From: Candidatus Dormiibacterota bacterium | GTDB lineage: Bacteria > Chloroflexota > Dormibacteria > Aeolococcales > Aeolococcaceae | Assembly (NCBI GenBank): GCA_003170875.1 | Contig: PMYJ01000109.1 | Span: 1-49,274 of the forward strand | DNA: 49,274 nucleotides | Direction of reading: 5' to 3' | Shown: positions 25,952-34,624 of the stretch, piece by piece | Position numbering within the stretch: the first letter of the stretch is position 1 | How the letters are laid out: each line of letters starts with the position of its first letter | The notes under the pieces: model-generated | Database searches by the model: none | Told to the model about the DNA's origin: nothing | Seen by the model: only the letters and a program-made list of their open reading frames with translations | Translations under genes and position numbers: made by a program

Positions 25952-27229
25952 TCACGGGTAGATGCCGCGCGCCGAGGTGGCCTCGGCGACCCGCTGCACC
26001 GCGATGGTGTAGGCGCCCAGCCGGAGCGAGACACCGAGATGCTGCGACGCCGCCCAGGTGGCCTCGAAGGACGCGTTCATGATGTGCTCCAACCGCTCGT
26101 TGATCTCCTTCTCCTCCCAGAAGAACGACTGCAGGTCCTGCACCCACTCGAAGTAGGAGACGATGACACCGCCTGCGTTGGCGATGATGTCGGGGACGAG
26201 GGTGACCTTCTTTTGGGCCAGGATCTCGTCGGCCTCGGGGGTGACCGGGCCGTTGGCGGCCTCCAGGACGAGCGACGCGTGGACCGCCCTCGCGTTGCGG
26301 CCGGTGATCTGGTTCTCCAGTGCCGCCGGGACCAGGACGTCGACCGGGGCCGCGAGCAGCTCGGCGTTGCTGATCGCCCGCGTTCCCGGGAAGCCTGCCA
26401 CCGATCCGGTGCTCCGCTTGTGCTCGAGGACCTCGAGGACGGGGAGGGGCTTGTCGCTCCAGATGGCACCCCCGGTGTCGGAGACGGCGTGGATGCTGAA
26501 ACCGTCCGCCGCCATCAGCCGGGCCGCGATGCTCCCGGCGTTGCCGAACCCCTGGACGGCGACCGTGGACTGGCGGGGGTCCCGTCCCAGATGCTCGCAC
26601 GCGCGGAGGGCGACCACCGCCACCCCGCGCCCGGTGGCCTCGTTGCGTCCCTGGCTGCCCCCGACGGCGATCGGCTTGCCGGTCACCGCCGCCGGGATCG
26701 AGTGCCCGGCACTCATCGACATGGTGTCCATGATCCAGGCCATCACCTGGGGGGTGGTGTTCACATCAGGGGCGGGGATGTCCCGGTCCGGCCCGATGAG
26801 CACCGAGATCTCGGCGGCGTAGCGGCGGGTGAGCCGCTCCAGCTCGCCCATGCTCAGCTTCTTGGGGTCGACGATCACGCCGCCCTTGGCCCCGCCGAAG
26901 GGGATGCCCGCTGCGGCGCATTTCCACGTCATCCACATGGCCAGCGCCTTGACCTCGCTCAGGGTCACCCCCTGGTGATAGCGGATCCCGCCCTTGGCCG
27001 GCCCTCGCGCCAGGTTGTGCTGGACGCGGTACCCCTCGAACATCCGGATCGACCCGTCGTCCATCTTCACCGGGAAGGCGACGATCAGCTGGCGCTGGGC
27101 CTCCCGCAGGAAGGCGCGGACCCCCGGCTTGAGGCCGAGAAGATCCGCCGCCGCGTCGAACTGCCGCTGTGCATTGAGCCAGGGGTCCTCGACCGCCTCT
27201 GCCGCCGTCGCAAGCGCTGACTGAGCCAC
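25952..27229 (-). CDS. gdh: NAD(P)-specific glutamate dehydrogenase (Glu/Leu/Phe/Val dehydrogenase family)
   Basis: GTG 27229 with AGGAGG 8 nt upstream. Motifs GPAKGGIRYH, catalytic PFGGAKGGV, and Rossmann VAVQGFGNAGS. Confidence 0.9.
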   Translation of the reverse strand: MAQSALATAAEAVEDPWLNAQRQFDAAADLLGLKPGVRAFLREAQRQLIVAFPVKMDDGSIRMFEGYRVQHNLARGPAKGGIRYHQGVTLSEVKALAMWMTWKCAAAGIPFGGAKGGVIVDPKKLSMGELERLTRRYAAEISVLIGPDRDIPAPDVNTTPQVMAWIMDTMSMSAGHSIPAAVTGKPIAVGGSQGRNEATGRGVAVVALRACEHLGRDPRQSTVAVQGFGNAGSIAARLMAADGFSIHAVSDTGGAIWSDKPLPVLEVLEHKRSTGSVAGFPGTRAISNAELLAAPVDVLVPAALENQITGRNARAVHASLVLEAANGPVTPEADEILAQKKVTLVPDIIANAGGVIVSYFEWVQDLQSFFWEEKEINERLEHIMNASFEATWAASQHLGVSLRLGAYTIAVQRVAEATSARGIYP

Positions 27230-27528
27230 GGTACTCACCTCCTGTGATGACCGCGGGGCATCGGCCTGGGACGTGAGTTGCGGGCAACCTGCTCCGCGGC
27301 GTGCCGGCCCCATGGTCGCACCTCGCACGCGGGACCGCCACCCCATTCGGCAACTTGGCGCCGTTCACAACAGCCCCTTCACGCGGGTCACCAGCACCGC
27401 GTCGCGCCGGCTCGGCACGGCGCCACTCAGCGCTCCACAAGATCATTCCCAGGGGTCTCTCAGGAGGCTCGCCTATACTCCGGCCCGGGTTGGGGACCTG
27501 ACAGCAGCCTGGACCACAGGAGCACACG

Positions 27529-29100
27529 TTGTACTTCCGCTATCTCGGACGCGAACTCCGGCGCCGCGCGCGCTCCGCCGCCCTCGTGGCCATCGGCCTC
27601 GCACTCGGGGTGGGCCTCGTCATCACCGTCACGTCGTACGCCGCCGGGGTCAAGGCCGCCCAGGGCCAGGTGCTCTCCTCTCTCTACGGGGTGGGCACCG
27701 ACCTCACCGTCACCAAGCCGCCGACCGCCGGAACCGGGGGCCCGTTCCGCTTCAGCGGCACCCCGTCGAGCAGCGCCCAGGCGGGACAGAGCTTCGCCCA
27801 GGACAACCTGACCTCTGCTGGTGGCCTGACCACCATCCCCGCCAGCGACGTGAGCTCCATCTCGAACCTCAAGGGTGTCGCCGGGGCCACGGGAGCGCTG
27901 GCGCTCAGCTCCGTGCACATCACTGGGACCTTCACCGGCGGGTTCGGCCCGGGAGCCAGCGCCACCCCGACACCCACCCCGACGCCGACGCCCGCGCCCA
28001 CGACGACAGCCTCGGCCAGCCCCAGCGCCTCTGGCAGCGGGTTCGGGATCTCCACCTTCAGCGTTGACGGCATCGACCCCACCGAGCCGGGCCTCGGGCT
28101 GCTGAGCGGACCCAACATCGCCTCGGGGGCGTCGGTGGTCCAGAAGTGGTTCAGCGACGTCCAGTCGGGCGGTAGCTCGGACCAGACCCTCGCCCTGGTC
28201 AGCAGCGCCTACGCCAAGCAGAACTCCCTCAAGGCCGGTTCCACCATCACCATCTCCAGCACCAGCTCCAGCACCAGCTTCACGGTGCTCGGGGTGGTCT
28301 CGGTCACCGAGACCGACGGGGCGGACATCTACATTCCCCTGAGCGAGGCCCAGTCGCTGACCGGCGACACCAATGACGTCAACACCATCTACGTCACCGC
28401 TGACACCGCCAATGACATCTCCACGGTGCAAGCCGAGATCCAGAAGGCTCTCCCGTCGGTCACCGTGACGAGCGCCTCGAACGAGGCGAGCAACATCTCC
28501 GGCTCGCTGAGCACGGCCTCCAACCTGGCCAACTCGCTGGGGCTCGGGCTCTCGATCGCGGTCCTGCTGGCAGCCTTCGTCCTGGCCGTCCTGCTCACCA
28601 TCGCCTCGGTCACCCGCCGGGTGCGGGAGTTCGGGACCCTGAAGGCGATAGGCTGGCACAGTCGCCGGATCGTCGGCCAGGTCATGGGTGAGGCGCTGGT
28701 GCAGGGCATCATCGGAGGTGCGGTCGGGATCGGGCTCGGCGTGGCCGGAGCCTTCCTGGTCACCAAGATCTCGGGGCCCCTCACCGCCACGGTCGGGGCG
28801 ACCGGGCTGGGCAGCTCGGCCCCCTCGGGCTTCGGTGGGGGCGGCGGTTTCGGCGGCGGAGGCGGGGGCTTCTTCGGAGGAGCTTCCCCGGGCGCGTTCT
28901 CCAGCGCTCCAGCCGGGTTCGCGCGCACCTTCGCCACGAGCAACCACAGCGTGACCCTGCACATGACCGCGCCGCTCAGCCTCGAGGTGTTCGGCGTGGC
29001 AGCTGGTCTGGCCATCGTGGGAGCGATCATCGCCGGCGCCATCGGTGGCTGGCGAGCCGCCCGCCTGCAGCCGGCCGTGGCCCTGCGGCGGGTGGAATAG
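27529..29100 (+). CDS. FtsX/MacB-type ABC transporter permease with large extracytoplasmic domain
   Basis: TTG 27529 with AGGAG 5 nt upstream. N-terminal TM helix, about 300-aa exported domain with a TPTPTPTPTPAPTTT linker, FtsX block VREFGTLKAIGW, and a Gly-rich loop GFGGGGGFGGGGGGFFGG between C-terminal helices. Confidence 0.8.
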   Translation: MYFRYLGRELRRRARSAALVAIGLALGVGLVITVTSYAAGVKAAQGQVLSSLYGVGTDLTVTKPPTAGTGGPFRFSGTPSSSAQAGQSFAQDNLTSAGGLTTIPASDVSSISNLKGVAGATGALALSSVHITGTFTGGFGPGASATPTPTPTPTPAPTTTASASPSASGSGFGISTFSVDGIDPTEPGLGLLSGPNIASGASVVQKWFSDVQSGGSSDQTLALVSSAYAKQNSLKAGSTITISSTSSSTSFTVLGVVSVTETDGADIYIPLSEAQSLTGDTNDVNTIYVTADTANDISTVQAEIQKALPSVTVTSASNEASNISGSLSTASNLANSLGLGLSIAVLLAAFVLAVLLTIASVTRRVREFGTLKAIGWHSRRIVGQVMGEALVQGIIGGAVGIGLGVAGAFLVTKISGPLTATVGATGLGSSAPSGFGGGGGFGGGGGGFFGGASPGAFSSAPAGFARTFATSNHSVTLHMTAPLSLEVFGVAAGLAIVGAIIAGAIGGWRAARLQPAVALRRVE

Positions 29101-29237
29101 CACGATGGTCGCGTTCGCCCGACCGCCGGCCCCAACGCCGGCCGCAGCCGTGACCCGGGTGCCTGCCGGAGCCGTGTCGCCTTCGCCGGCCGCAGCCCCC
29201 GCCCCAGCTCATAATGCCCCGTCCTTGGAGACCCAGC

Positions 29238-29981
29238 ATGTATGAACTCAAGAAGCTCTCCCGGGTCTACCCCAAGGGGAGAGGCAAGGTCGCAGCCCTG
29301 AGCGGCGTGGATCTCGACATCCCGGACGGTGAGTTCATCACCGTCCAGGGGCTCACCGGGCACGGCAAGACCACCTTCCTGCTCATGCTCGGGGCCCTGG
29401 ACAAACCGACCTCCGGGAAGATCATCTTCGACGGCAAGGACCTGGGGGCGATGCCCGAGTCCCAGCTCGTCGACGTGCGCGCCCAGAACTTCGGCTTCAT
29501 CTTCCAGAACTACAACCTGCTGCCCACACTGACCGCCGAGGAGAACGTCGAGGCGGCGCTGGTGCCGCTCCGCATCCCCACCGCGGAGCGGCGAGCCCGC
29601 TCGACCGCGGCTCTCACCGAGGTGGGGCTGGGCGATCGTGTCGGCCACTTCCCGTCGGAGATGTCGGGTGGTGAGCAGCAGCGGGTCGCGATCGCTCGAG
29701 CTCTGGTCAAGGAGCCGAAGGTGATCCTGGCCGACGAGCCGACCGGAAACCTCGACGAGGTGACCAGCCTCGAGATCGTGGCCCTGATGGAGAAGCTCTG
29801 GAAGCAGCGCGGCATGACCCTGGTGCTGGTCACTCACGACACCAAGGTGGCCCGCCGTGCTCCCCGGACCGCGGTTATCACCAAGGGCAAGCTCACGATG
29901 CGCGACAACCGCGCACCCAAGGTCGGCACGCAGGGGCCGCCCGGAACCGCCAAGCCGGCCGGAGCGCCGAAGCCCACCTGA
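29238..29981 (+). CDS. ABC transporter ATP-binding protein (MacB/LolD-like)
   Basis: ATG 29238 with GGAG 7 nt upstream. Walker [10 protein letters not shown] (atypical residues but the GxxGxGKT pattern is kept), signature [15 protein letters not shown], and Walker [12 protein letters not shown]. Confidence 0.9.
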   Translation: MYELKKLSRVYPKGRGKVAALSGVDLDIPDGEFITVQGLTGHGKTTFLLMLGALDKPTSGKIIFDGKDLGAMPESQLVDVRAQNFGFIFQNYNLLPTLTAEENVEAALVPLRIPTAERRARSTAALTEVGLGDRVGHFPSEMSGGEQQRVAIARALVKEPKVILADEPTGNLDEVTSLEIVALMEKLWKQRGMTLVLVTHDTKVARRAPRTAVITKGKLTMRDNRAPKVGTQGPPGTAKPAGAPKPT

Positions 29982-30104
29982 TCGGCACGCCGACCCGGTC
30001 GCCCGGAGCCCGCCCTGACCGCCGCGCCAGCGGGGCGGCCACCTCCTCGGCTTCCCCCACAATCGGCCCCAGGGTCCCGCACCGCTGACCGTGGAGGCCG
30101 CCTC

Positions 30105-30737
30105 GTGGAGCACGACGTCGACATCGCCCGCGCCCTCGTGCACCTCCACGCCTCCGATGCCGAGCTCGGGCGGCTGATCGACCGCGCCGGCTCCTTCGGG
30201 CTGACCCTGCCGGACGAGCCCAGCAGCTTCGCCGCGCTTGCCGAGGCGATCGTCTACCAGCAGCTCTCACCCAAGGCGGCGGGCACCATCTTCGGGCGCT
30301 TCTGCGCCCTCTTCCCCGGCACGCCGAGCTGCCCGGGCCCGGACCAGGTGCTGGCCGCCTCCGAGGAGACGCTCCGCGGCGCCGGACTCTCCGGCTCGAA
30401 GCAGCGCGCGCTGCACGACCTGGCCCGGCGGTCGGTCGACGGCGAGCTGCCGACCCTCGAGGAGGCGCGGGGGATGGAGGACGAGGCGATCATCGAGAAG
30501 CTGGTCCGGGTGCGCGGAGTCGGGCGGTGGACCGCCGAGATGTTCCTGATCTTCACCCTCGGCCGGCCCGACGTCCTGCCCGCCGACGACTACGGCCTCC
30601 GCCGTGGCTTCCAGGTGGCCTTCCAGACCGAGGCCATGCCCAGCCGCGACGAGGTGGCCCGGCGCGGCGAGCGATGGGCGCCCTACCGCACCGTGGCGAG
30701 CTGGTACCTCTGGCGCGCCCTGGAGCATGCACCGTGA
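30105..30737 (+). CDS. DNA-3-methyladenine glycosylase II-like (HhH-GPD superfamily)
   Basis: GTG 30105. HhH motif VRGVGRWTAEMFLIF and catalytic Asp context LPADDYGLRRG. Confidence 0.8.
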   Translation: MEHDVDIARALVHLHASDAELGRLIDRAGSFGLTLPDEPSSFAALAEAIVYQQLSPKAAGTIFGRFCALFPGTPSCPGPDQVLAASEETLRGAGLSGSKQRALHDLARRSVDGELPTLEEARGMEDEAIIEKLVRVRGVGRWTAEMFLIFTLGRPDVLPADDYGLRRGFQVAFQTEAMPSRDEVARRGERWAPYRTVASWYLWRALEHAP

Positions 30738-31564
30738 CCGTCCGCCCCGTGCCGGCCGCCGGGGACCGCTCGCCCGTGCGCGCGGTGCTGCTGGACGTCG
30801 ACGGCACCCTGGTGGTCGGCGGCCGGGCCATCCCCGGTGCGGCATCGACACTCGGCCGGCTCCGCGAGGGCGGCATCCAGATCCGTCTCCTGACCAACAT
30901 CGACTCCCGGACCCCCGAGACGGTCTGCCGCGAGCTGGCCGTGGCCGGTATCGAGGTCCCGTGCGAGGCCGTCTTCACACCGGTGGTCGCCGCCCTGCGC
31001 TTCCTCGAGCAGCACCCCTCCGAGCGCTGCCACCTCCTGCTCACAGCCGAGCTGGCCGCCCGTTTCGCCGCCCACGACGCCGGGACCGGCCGCGCCGACT
31101 ACGTGCTGGTCGGGGACTGCCGCGAGGTCGGCGGGTACGCGCAGCTGGATGCCGCCTTCCGCCGGCTGATGGATGGGGCCCGGCTGCTGGCCCTCCAGCG
31201 CGGCCGCTGGTGGCAGGCGGCCGACGGCCCCTCGCTCGACACCGGGGCGTTCGTGGCTCTCCTCGAGCACGCGTCGGGGCAGACCGCCCGCGGCTTCGGC
31301 AAGCCGTCGGCCGACTTCTTCGAGATGGCCCTGGCCGACCTGGGCTGCGCTCCGGCGGAGGTGCTGGTGGTGGGGGACGACCCCGAGACCGACGCCGCCG
31401 GCGCGCGCACGGTCGGCGCCCCCTGCGTGCTGGTGCGCACGGGCAAGTTCGGCTCCCGCGGCGGTGTGGTGGGAGAGGGGCATCCGGGAGTGGCCGCGGT
31501 GATCGATTCGATCGCCGATCTTCCGGCGCTGCTCGAAGCCGATTTCGGCATCCTGGGGCGGTAG
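30734..31564 (+). CDS. HAD-IIA family hydrolase (NagD-like)
   Basis: GTG 30734 overlaps the preceding stop (GTGA). HAD motifs LLDVDGTLV, LTN, FGKPS and VVGDDPETD. Confidence 0.8.
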   Translation: MTVRPVPAAGDRSPVRAVLLDVDGTLVVGGRAIPGAASTLGRLREGGIQIRLLTNIDSRTPETVCRELAVAGIEVPCEAVFTPVVAALRFLEQHPSERCHLLLTAELAARFAAHDAGTGRADYVLVGDCREVGGYAQLDAAFRRLMDGARLLALQRGRWWQAADGPSLDTGAFVALLEHASGQTARGFGKPSADFFEMALADLGCAPAEVLVVGDDPETDAAGARTVGAPCVLVRTGKFGSRGGVVGEGHPGVAAVIDSIADLPALLEADFGILGR

Positions 31565-31673
31565 CCGCCTCCTCCCACCCAGATCCCAGCCGCCCCATCC
31601 CACCGAGATCGCCGGCCGCCCACTCCCCCAGGTCATGGGCGGCCCCCGTATTCCACACCAGCAGCGAAACCAT

Positions 31674-31703
31674 TTGACGTAGAGAATGCTCTGCTGGTAT
31701 GCT
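31674..31703 (+). promoter_or_regulatory. candidate sigma-70-type promoter of the sulfate-assimilation operon
   Basis: TTGACG (31674-31679), an 18-nt spacer, then TATGCT (31698-31703), in a locally AT-richer stretch. This predicts a leader of about 320 nt before cysH. Confidence 0.45.
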
Positions 31704-32029
31704 CCCATCCCATGCGGAACGGTATGTCCACGCCCATCTTCTTCTCCCGGTGGGGTCAGATGGACTTCGTCCGCCAGGTCGCCTGCGCCTGTATGTAGGC
31801 CGCCCGCCGCGGCCGGCCAGAGCATCAGCCCAGATCGCTCCACCCGATACGGGCGCATCCATGAGTGAACGCTCGGGCTCTTCGGCCGCAGACTTGACGC
31901 CGATCCTGCCCATCGCCGGCCCCATCGGCCGGCCCCCGGAGACCGACCCGACGTGAGCCCCACACCCGGAACCCCCATCCGGCCGCCGATCGCGGCCCTG
32001 CCGGCGGCCCGACCGCTGTCCAGCCGGCC

Positions 32030-32857
32030 ATGACCGCCGCTGTCCGCATCCCGGCCGACGAGCTGGACACGGCTGCCCGCGACCTCGAGGGCGCCGATGC
32101 GGAGGCGGTCCTCGCCTGGACCTTCGAGCGGTTTCCGCGGGTGGCGGTCGTCGCCAGCCTCCAGGCGGAGTCGGTGGTCCTCATCGACATGGCGAGCAGG
32201 CTGCGCCCGGGCGTTGACGTCATCACCCTGGACACCGGCCGCCTGCCCCAGGAGACCCACGACCTCATCGACACGGTGCGGAACCGCTTCCCCGTGACCC
32301 TGAGCGTGGTGAGCCCCGATCCCACCGAGCTGGCGGAGATGACCCGGGCGCACGGTGTCAACCTCTTCTATCTCTCCCCGGAGCTTCGGCACACCTGCTG
32401 CGACGTCCGCAAGACGCGGCCACTTGCCCGCGCGCTCGCGGGCTACGGCGCCTGGGTGACCGGGCTGCGCCGGGAGCAGTCGGCGACCCGCCGGGCGACC
32501 CCGGTCGTCTCCCGCGACGAGGGGCACGGGGGCATCGCCAAGGTGGCGCCGCTGGTGAGCTGGAGCCACGAGGACGTCTGGGCTCAGGTGCGCTCCCGCG
32601 ACCTGCCCAGCCACGCCCTCTACGCGAACGGCTACACGTCGATCGGTTGCGCGCCCTGCACTCGGGCCACACGCCCCGGTGAGGACGAGCGCGCCGGCCG
32701 GTGGTGGTGGGAGGGGGATTCGATCAAGGAGTGCGGCCTGCATCCGGTCCTGACGGGACCCGGGTCGGCCGCGAATGTCGCCACCTCTCCGGGCCGGGCG
32801 GATGCCGGCGCGGAGTTCACCGCCGCCACCGCGGCCCAACCAGGAGCAGAGGGATGA
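32030..32857 (+). CDS. cysH: adenylylsulfate (APS) reductase, thioredoxin-dependent, Fe-S type
   Basis: PAPS_reduct fold, with the CC...CxxC Fe-S cysteines (RHTCCDVRK, SIGCAPCT) and the catalytic KECGLH tail that distinguish APS reductases from PAPS reductases. Confidence 0.9.
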   Translation: MTAAVRIPADELDTAARDLEGADAEAVLAWTFERFPRVAVVASLQAESVVLIDMASRLRPGVDVITLDTGRLPQETHDLIDTVRNRFPVTLSVVSPDPTELAEMTRAHGVNLFYLSPELRHTCCDVRKTRPLARALAGYGAWVTGLRREQSATRRATPVVSRDEGHGGIAKVAPLVSWSHEDVWAQVRSRDLPSHALYANGYTSIGCAPCTRATRPGEDERAGRWWWEGDSIKECGLHPVLTGPGSAANVATSPGRADAGAEFTAATAAQPGAEG

Positions 32858-34614
32858 GCCGAGGGCTGGTGATCTGGCTGACCGGACTGTCCGGTGCCGG
32901 GAAGTCGACGATCGCGACGCGGCTGGAGCAGGAGCTGAGGGTGCTGGGGCGCAACGTGACCGTCCTGGACGGTGACGAGGTGCGGACGCATCTCTCCAAG
33001 GGGCTGGGTTTCTCCAAGGAGGACCGGGACACCAACATCCGGCGCATCGGGTACGTGGCCGGGTTGGTGGCGGGTCATGGGGGGGTCGCGATCACGGCGG
33101 CGATCTCGCCGTATCGGGAGGTCCGGGACGAGGTGAGGTCGGCGACGCCGGGATTCGTGGAGGTCTACGTGCGCTGCACGCTGGAGGAGCTGGTGCGGCG
33201 CGACACCAAGGGTCTGTACGAGAAGGCGCTGCGGGGGGAGATCGCCAACTTCACGGGGGTGAGTGACCCCTACGAGGCGCCGCTCAACCCGGAGATCACG
33301 GTGGACAGCTCGCAGGAGACGGTGGAGGAGTCCGTGGAGCGGATCCTCGACCGGCTGGAGCGGCTGGGCCACATCTGGAGGGGGGTACGGCCCCGCCTCC
33401 TGGAAGGCGAGGAAGGGGCGGAGCTCCGCGCGGAGGCGGCCACACTGCTGGTGGTGGAGGTCGGGCCGCACGAGGCGGCCGACGCACTGATGCTCGGGAC
33501 CGGAGCCTTCTCGCCGCTGCCGGGCTTCATGACCGGCCTTGACTATCGGGATGTGGTGGGATCGGGCCGCCTCTCGGGCGGCCAGCCCTTCCCCATCCCG
33601 GTGGCGCTACGTCTGGACGAGGAGGGAGTGCAGCGGATCCGGGGCAAGACACGGGTCGCGCTGCGCCACCAGGGCGAGGTGATCGCGGTGGTGGAGGTCG
33701 AGGACATCTACCGCACCGACGCTGAGACCGAGGCCCTCTCCGTGTACGGGACCGGCGATGACGCCCACCCCGGCGTCCGCCTGCTGCGCGCCTCCGGGCG
33801 CTGGGCGGTGGGCGGCGGCGTGACCGCGCTCCGCCGCCCCGAGACCGGCTTCCCCGGGTACGACCTCACTCCCCTGGAGGTGCGCAAGGCCAAGGCGGAG
33901 CGGGAGTGGGCGACCATGGTCGGCTTCCAGACGCGCAACCCGGTGCACCGTGCCCACGAGTACCTGCAGAAGGTGGCCCTGGAGAACATCGACGGGCTGC
34001 TCCTGCACCCACTGGTGGGCGAAACCAAGAGTGACGACATCCCCGCGGCGACCCGGATGGCCTGCTACGAGGAGCTGCTCGCCGGATACTTTCCGGCGGA
34101 GCGGGTGCTGCTCGCCACCAACCCGGCGTGGATGCGCTACGCGGGCCCCAAGGAGGCCGTGTTCCACGCGCTGATACGGCGCAACTACGGCTGCACCCAC
34201 TTCATCGTGGGACGAGATCATGCCGGAGTTGGCAACTACTACGACACCTACGCGGCGCAGCGGATCTTCGACCAGTATGAGCCGGGGGAGCTGGGCATCG
34301 AGATCCTGCGCTTCGAGCACTCGTTCTGGTGCCGGGCCTGCGGGGGGATGGCGTCGACCCGGACCTGCCCGCATGCCGCCGAGCAGCGCTCGGTGCTGAG
34401 CGGGACCCGGGTGCGCGAGCTGCTCGCCCAGGGCGAGCAGCTGCCGGCCGAATTCACCCGCCCGGAGATCGCCGAGTTGTTGAGGGAGGCGCAGGCAGTC
34501 CAGGCGGCGGCTGACCCCGCCACCGCACAGACTCCCGCCACGGTGTCGACTTCGGCCGGGGCCGGGGCAGGTCCCGCGAGCCCGCCGGCGTCCCCCGGGG
34601 CGCGGCCGGGCTGA
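32854..34614 (+). CDS. cysC-sat: bifunctional adenylylsulfate kinase (N-terminal) / sulfate adenylyltransferase (C-terminal)
   Basis: ATG 32854 overlaps the cysH stop (ATGA). CysC P-loop LTGLSGAGKST and LDGD. Then a PUA-like domain (GAFSPLPGFM) and ATP sulfurylase motifs FQTRNPVHRAHE and VGRDHAGVG. Confidence 0.9.
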   Translation: MSRGLVIWLTGLSGAGKSTIATRLEQELRVLGRNVTVLDGDEVRTHLSKGLGFSKEDRDTNIRRIGYVAGLVAGHGGVAITAAISPYREVRDEVRSATPGFVEVYVRCTLEELVRRDTKGLYEKALRGEIANFTGVSDPYEAPLNPEITVDSSQETVEESVERILDRLERLGHIWRGVRPRLLEGEEGAELRAEAATLLVVEVGPHEAADALMLGTGAFSPLPGFMTGLDYRDVVGSGRLSGGQPFPIPVALRLDEEGVQRIRGKTRVALRHQGEVIAVVEVEDIYRTDAETEALSVYGTGDDAHPGVRLLRASGRWAVGGGVTALRRPETGFPGYDLTPLEVRKAKAEREWATMVGFQTRNPVHRAHEYLQKVALENIDGLLLHPLVGETKSDDIPAATRMACYEELLAGYFPAERVLLATNPAWMRYAGPKEAVFHALIRRNYGCTHFIVGRDHAGVGNYYDTYAAQRIFDQYEPGELGIEILRFEHSFWCRACGGMASTRTCPHAAEQRSVLSGTRVRELLAQGEQLPAEFTRPEIAELLREAQAVQAAADPATAQTPATVSTSAGAGAGPASPPASPGARPG

Positions 34615-34624
34615 GAACGCTTCG

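Noticed and set aside
27957-28030. Short-period nucleotide repetition (ccgac/ccgacg units), first considered as a microsatellite or array. A similar stretch occurs at 28830-28880.
   Set aside because: Both stretches are in frame within the permease gene and encode low-complexity linkers (TPTPTPTPTPAPTTT; poly-Gly). There is no spacer/repeat architecture, so this is not a CRISPR array.
31643-31747. 34-codon minus-strand ORF (MGVDIPFRMGWEHTSRAF...) with GGGAGAAG just upstream, located in the cysH leader region.
   Set aside because: Its third codon positions are A/T-rich, unlike real genes in this window. It coincides with the plus-strand promoter, so it is most likely a by-product of the AT-richer promoter DNA.
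31855-31960. CAUGAGUG, resembling the 5' end of SAM-IV riboswitches, upstream of the sulfur-assimilation genes.
   Set aside because: The other conserved SAM-IV and SAM-I blocks (GCAACC, GGUGCCCCGGGUGA, GAGGGA..GCCC) are absent downstream. Only an Rfam scan could revive this idea.
30683-32839. 718-codon minus-strand ORF, the longest in this part of the window.
   Set aside because: It is antisense to the well-supported HAD and cysH genes and runs through the AT-richer promoter region. It is Arg/Gly/Pro/Ala-dominated with no motif. This is a typical shadow ORF of very GC-rich DNA.
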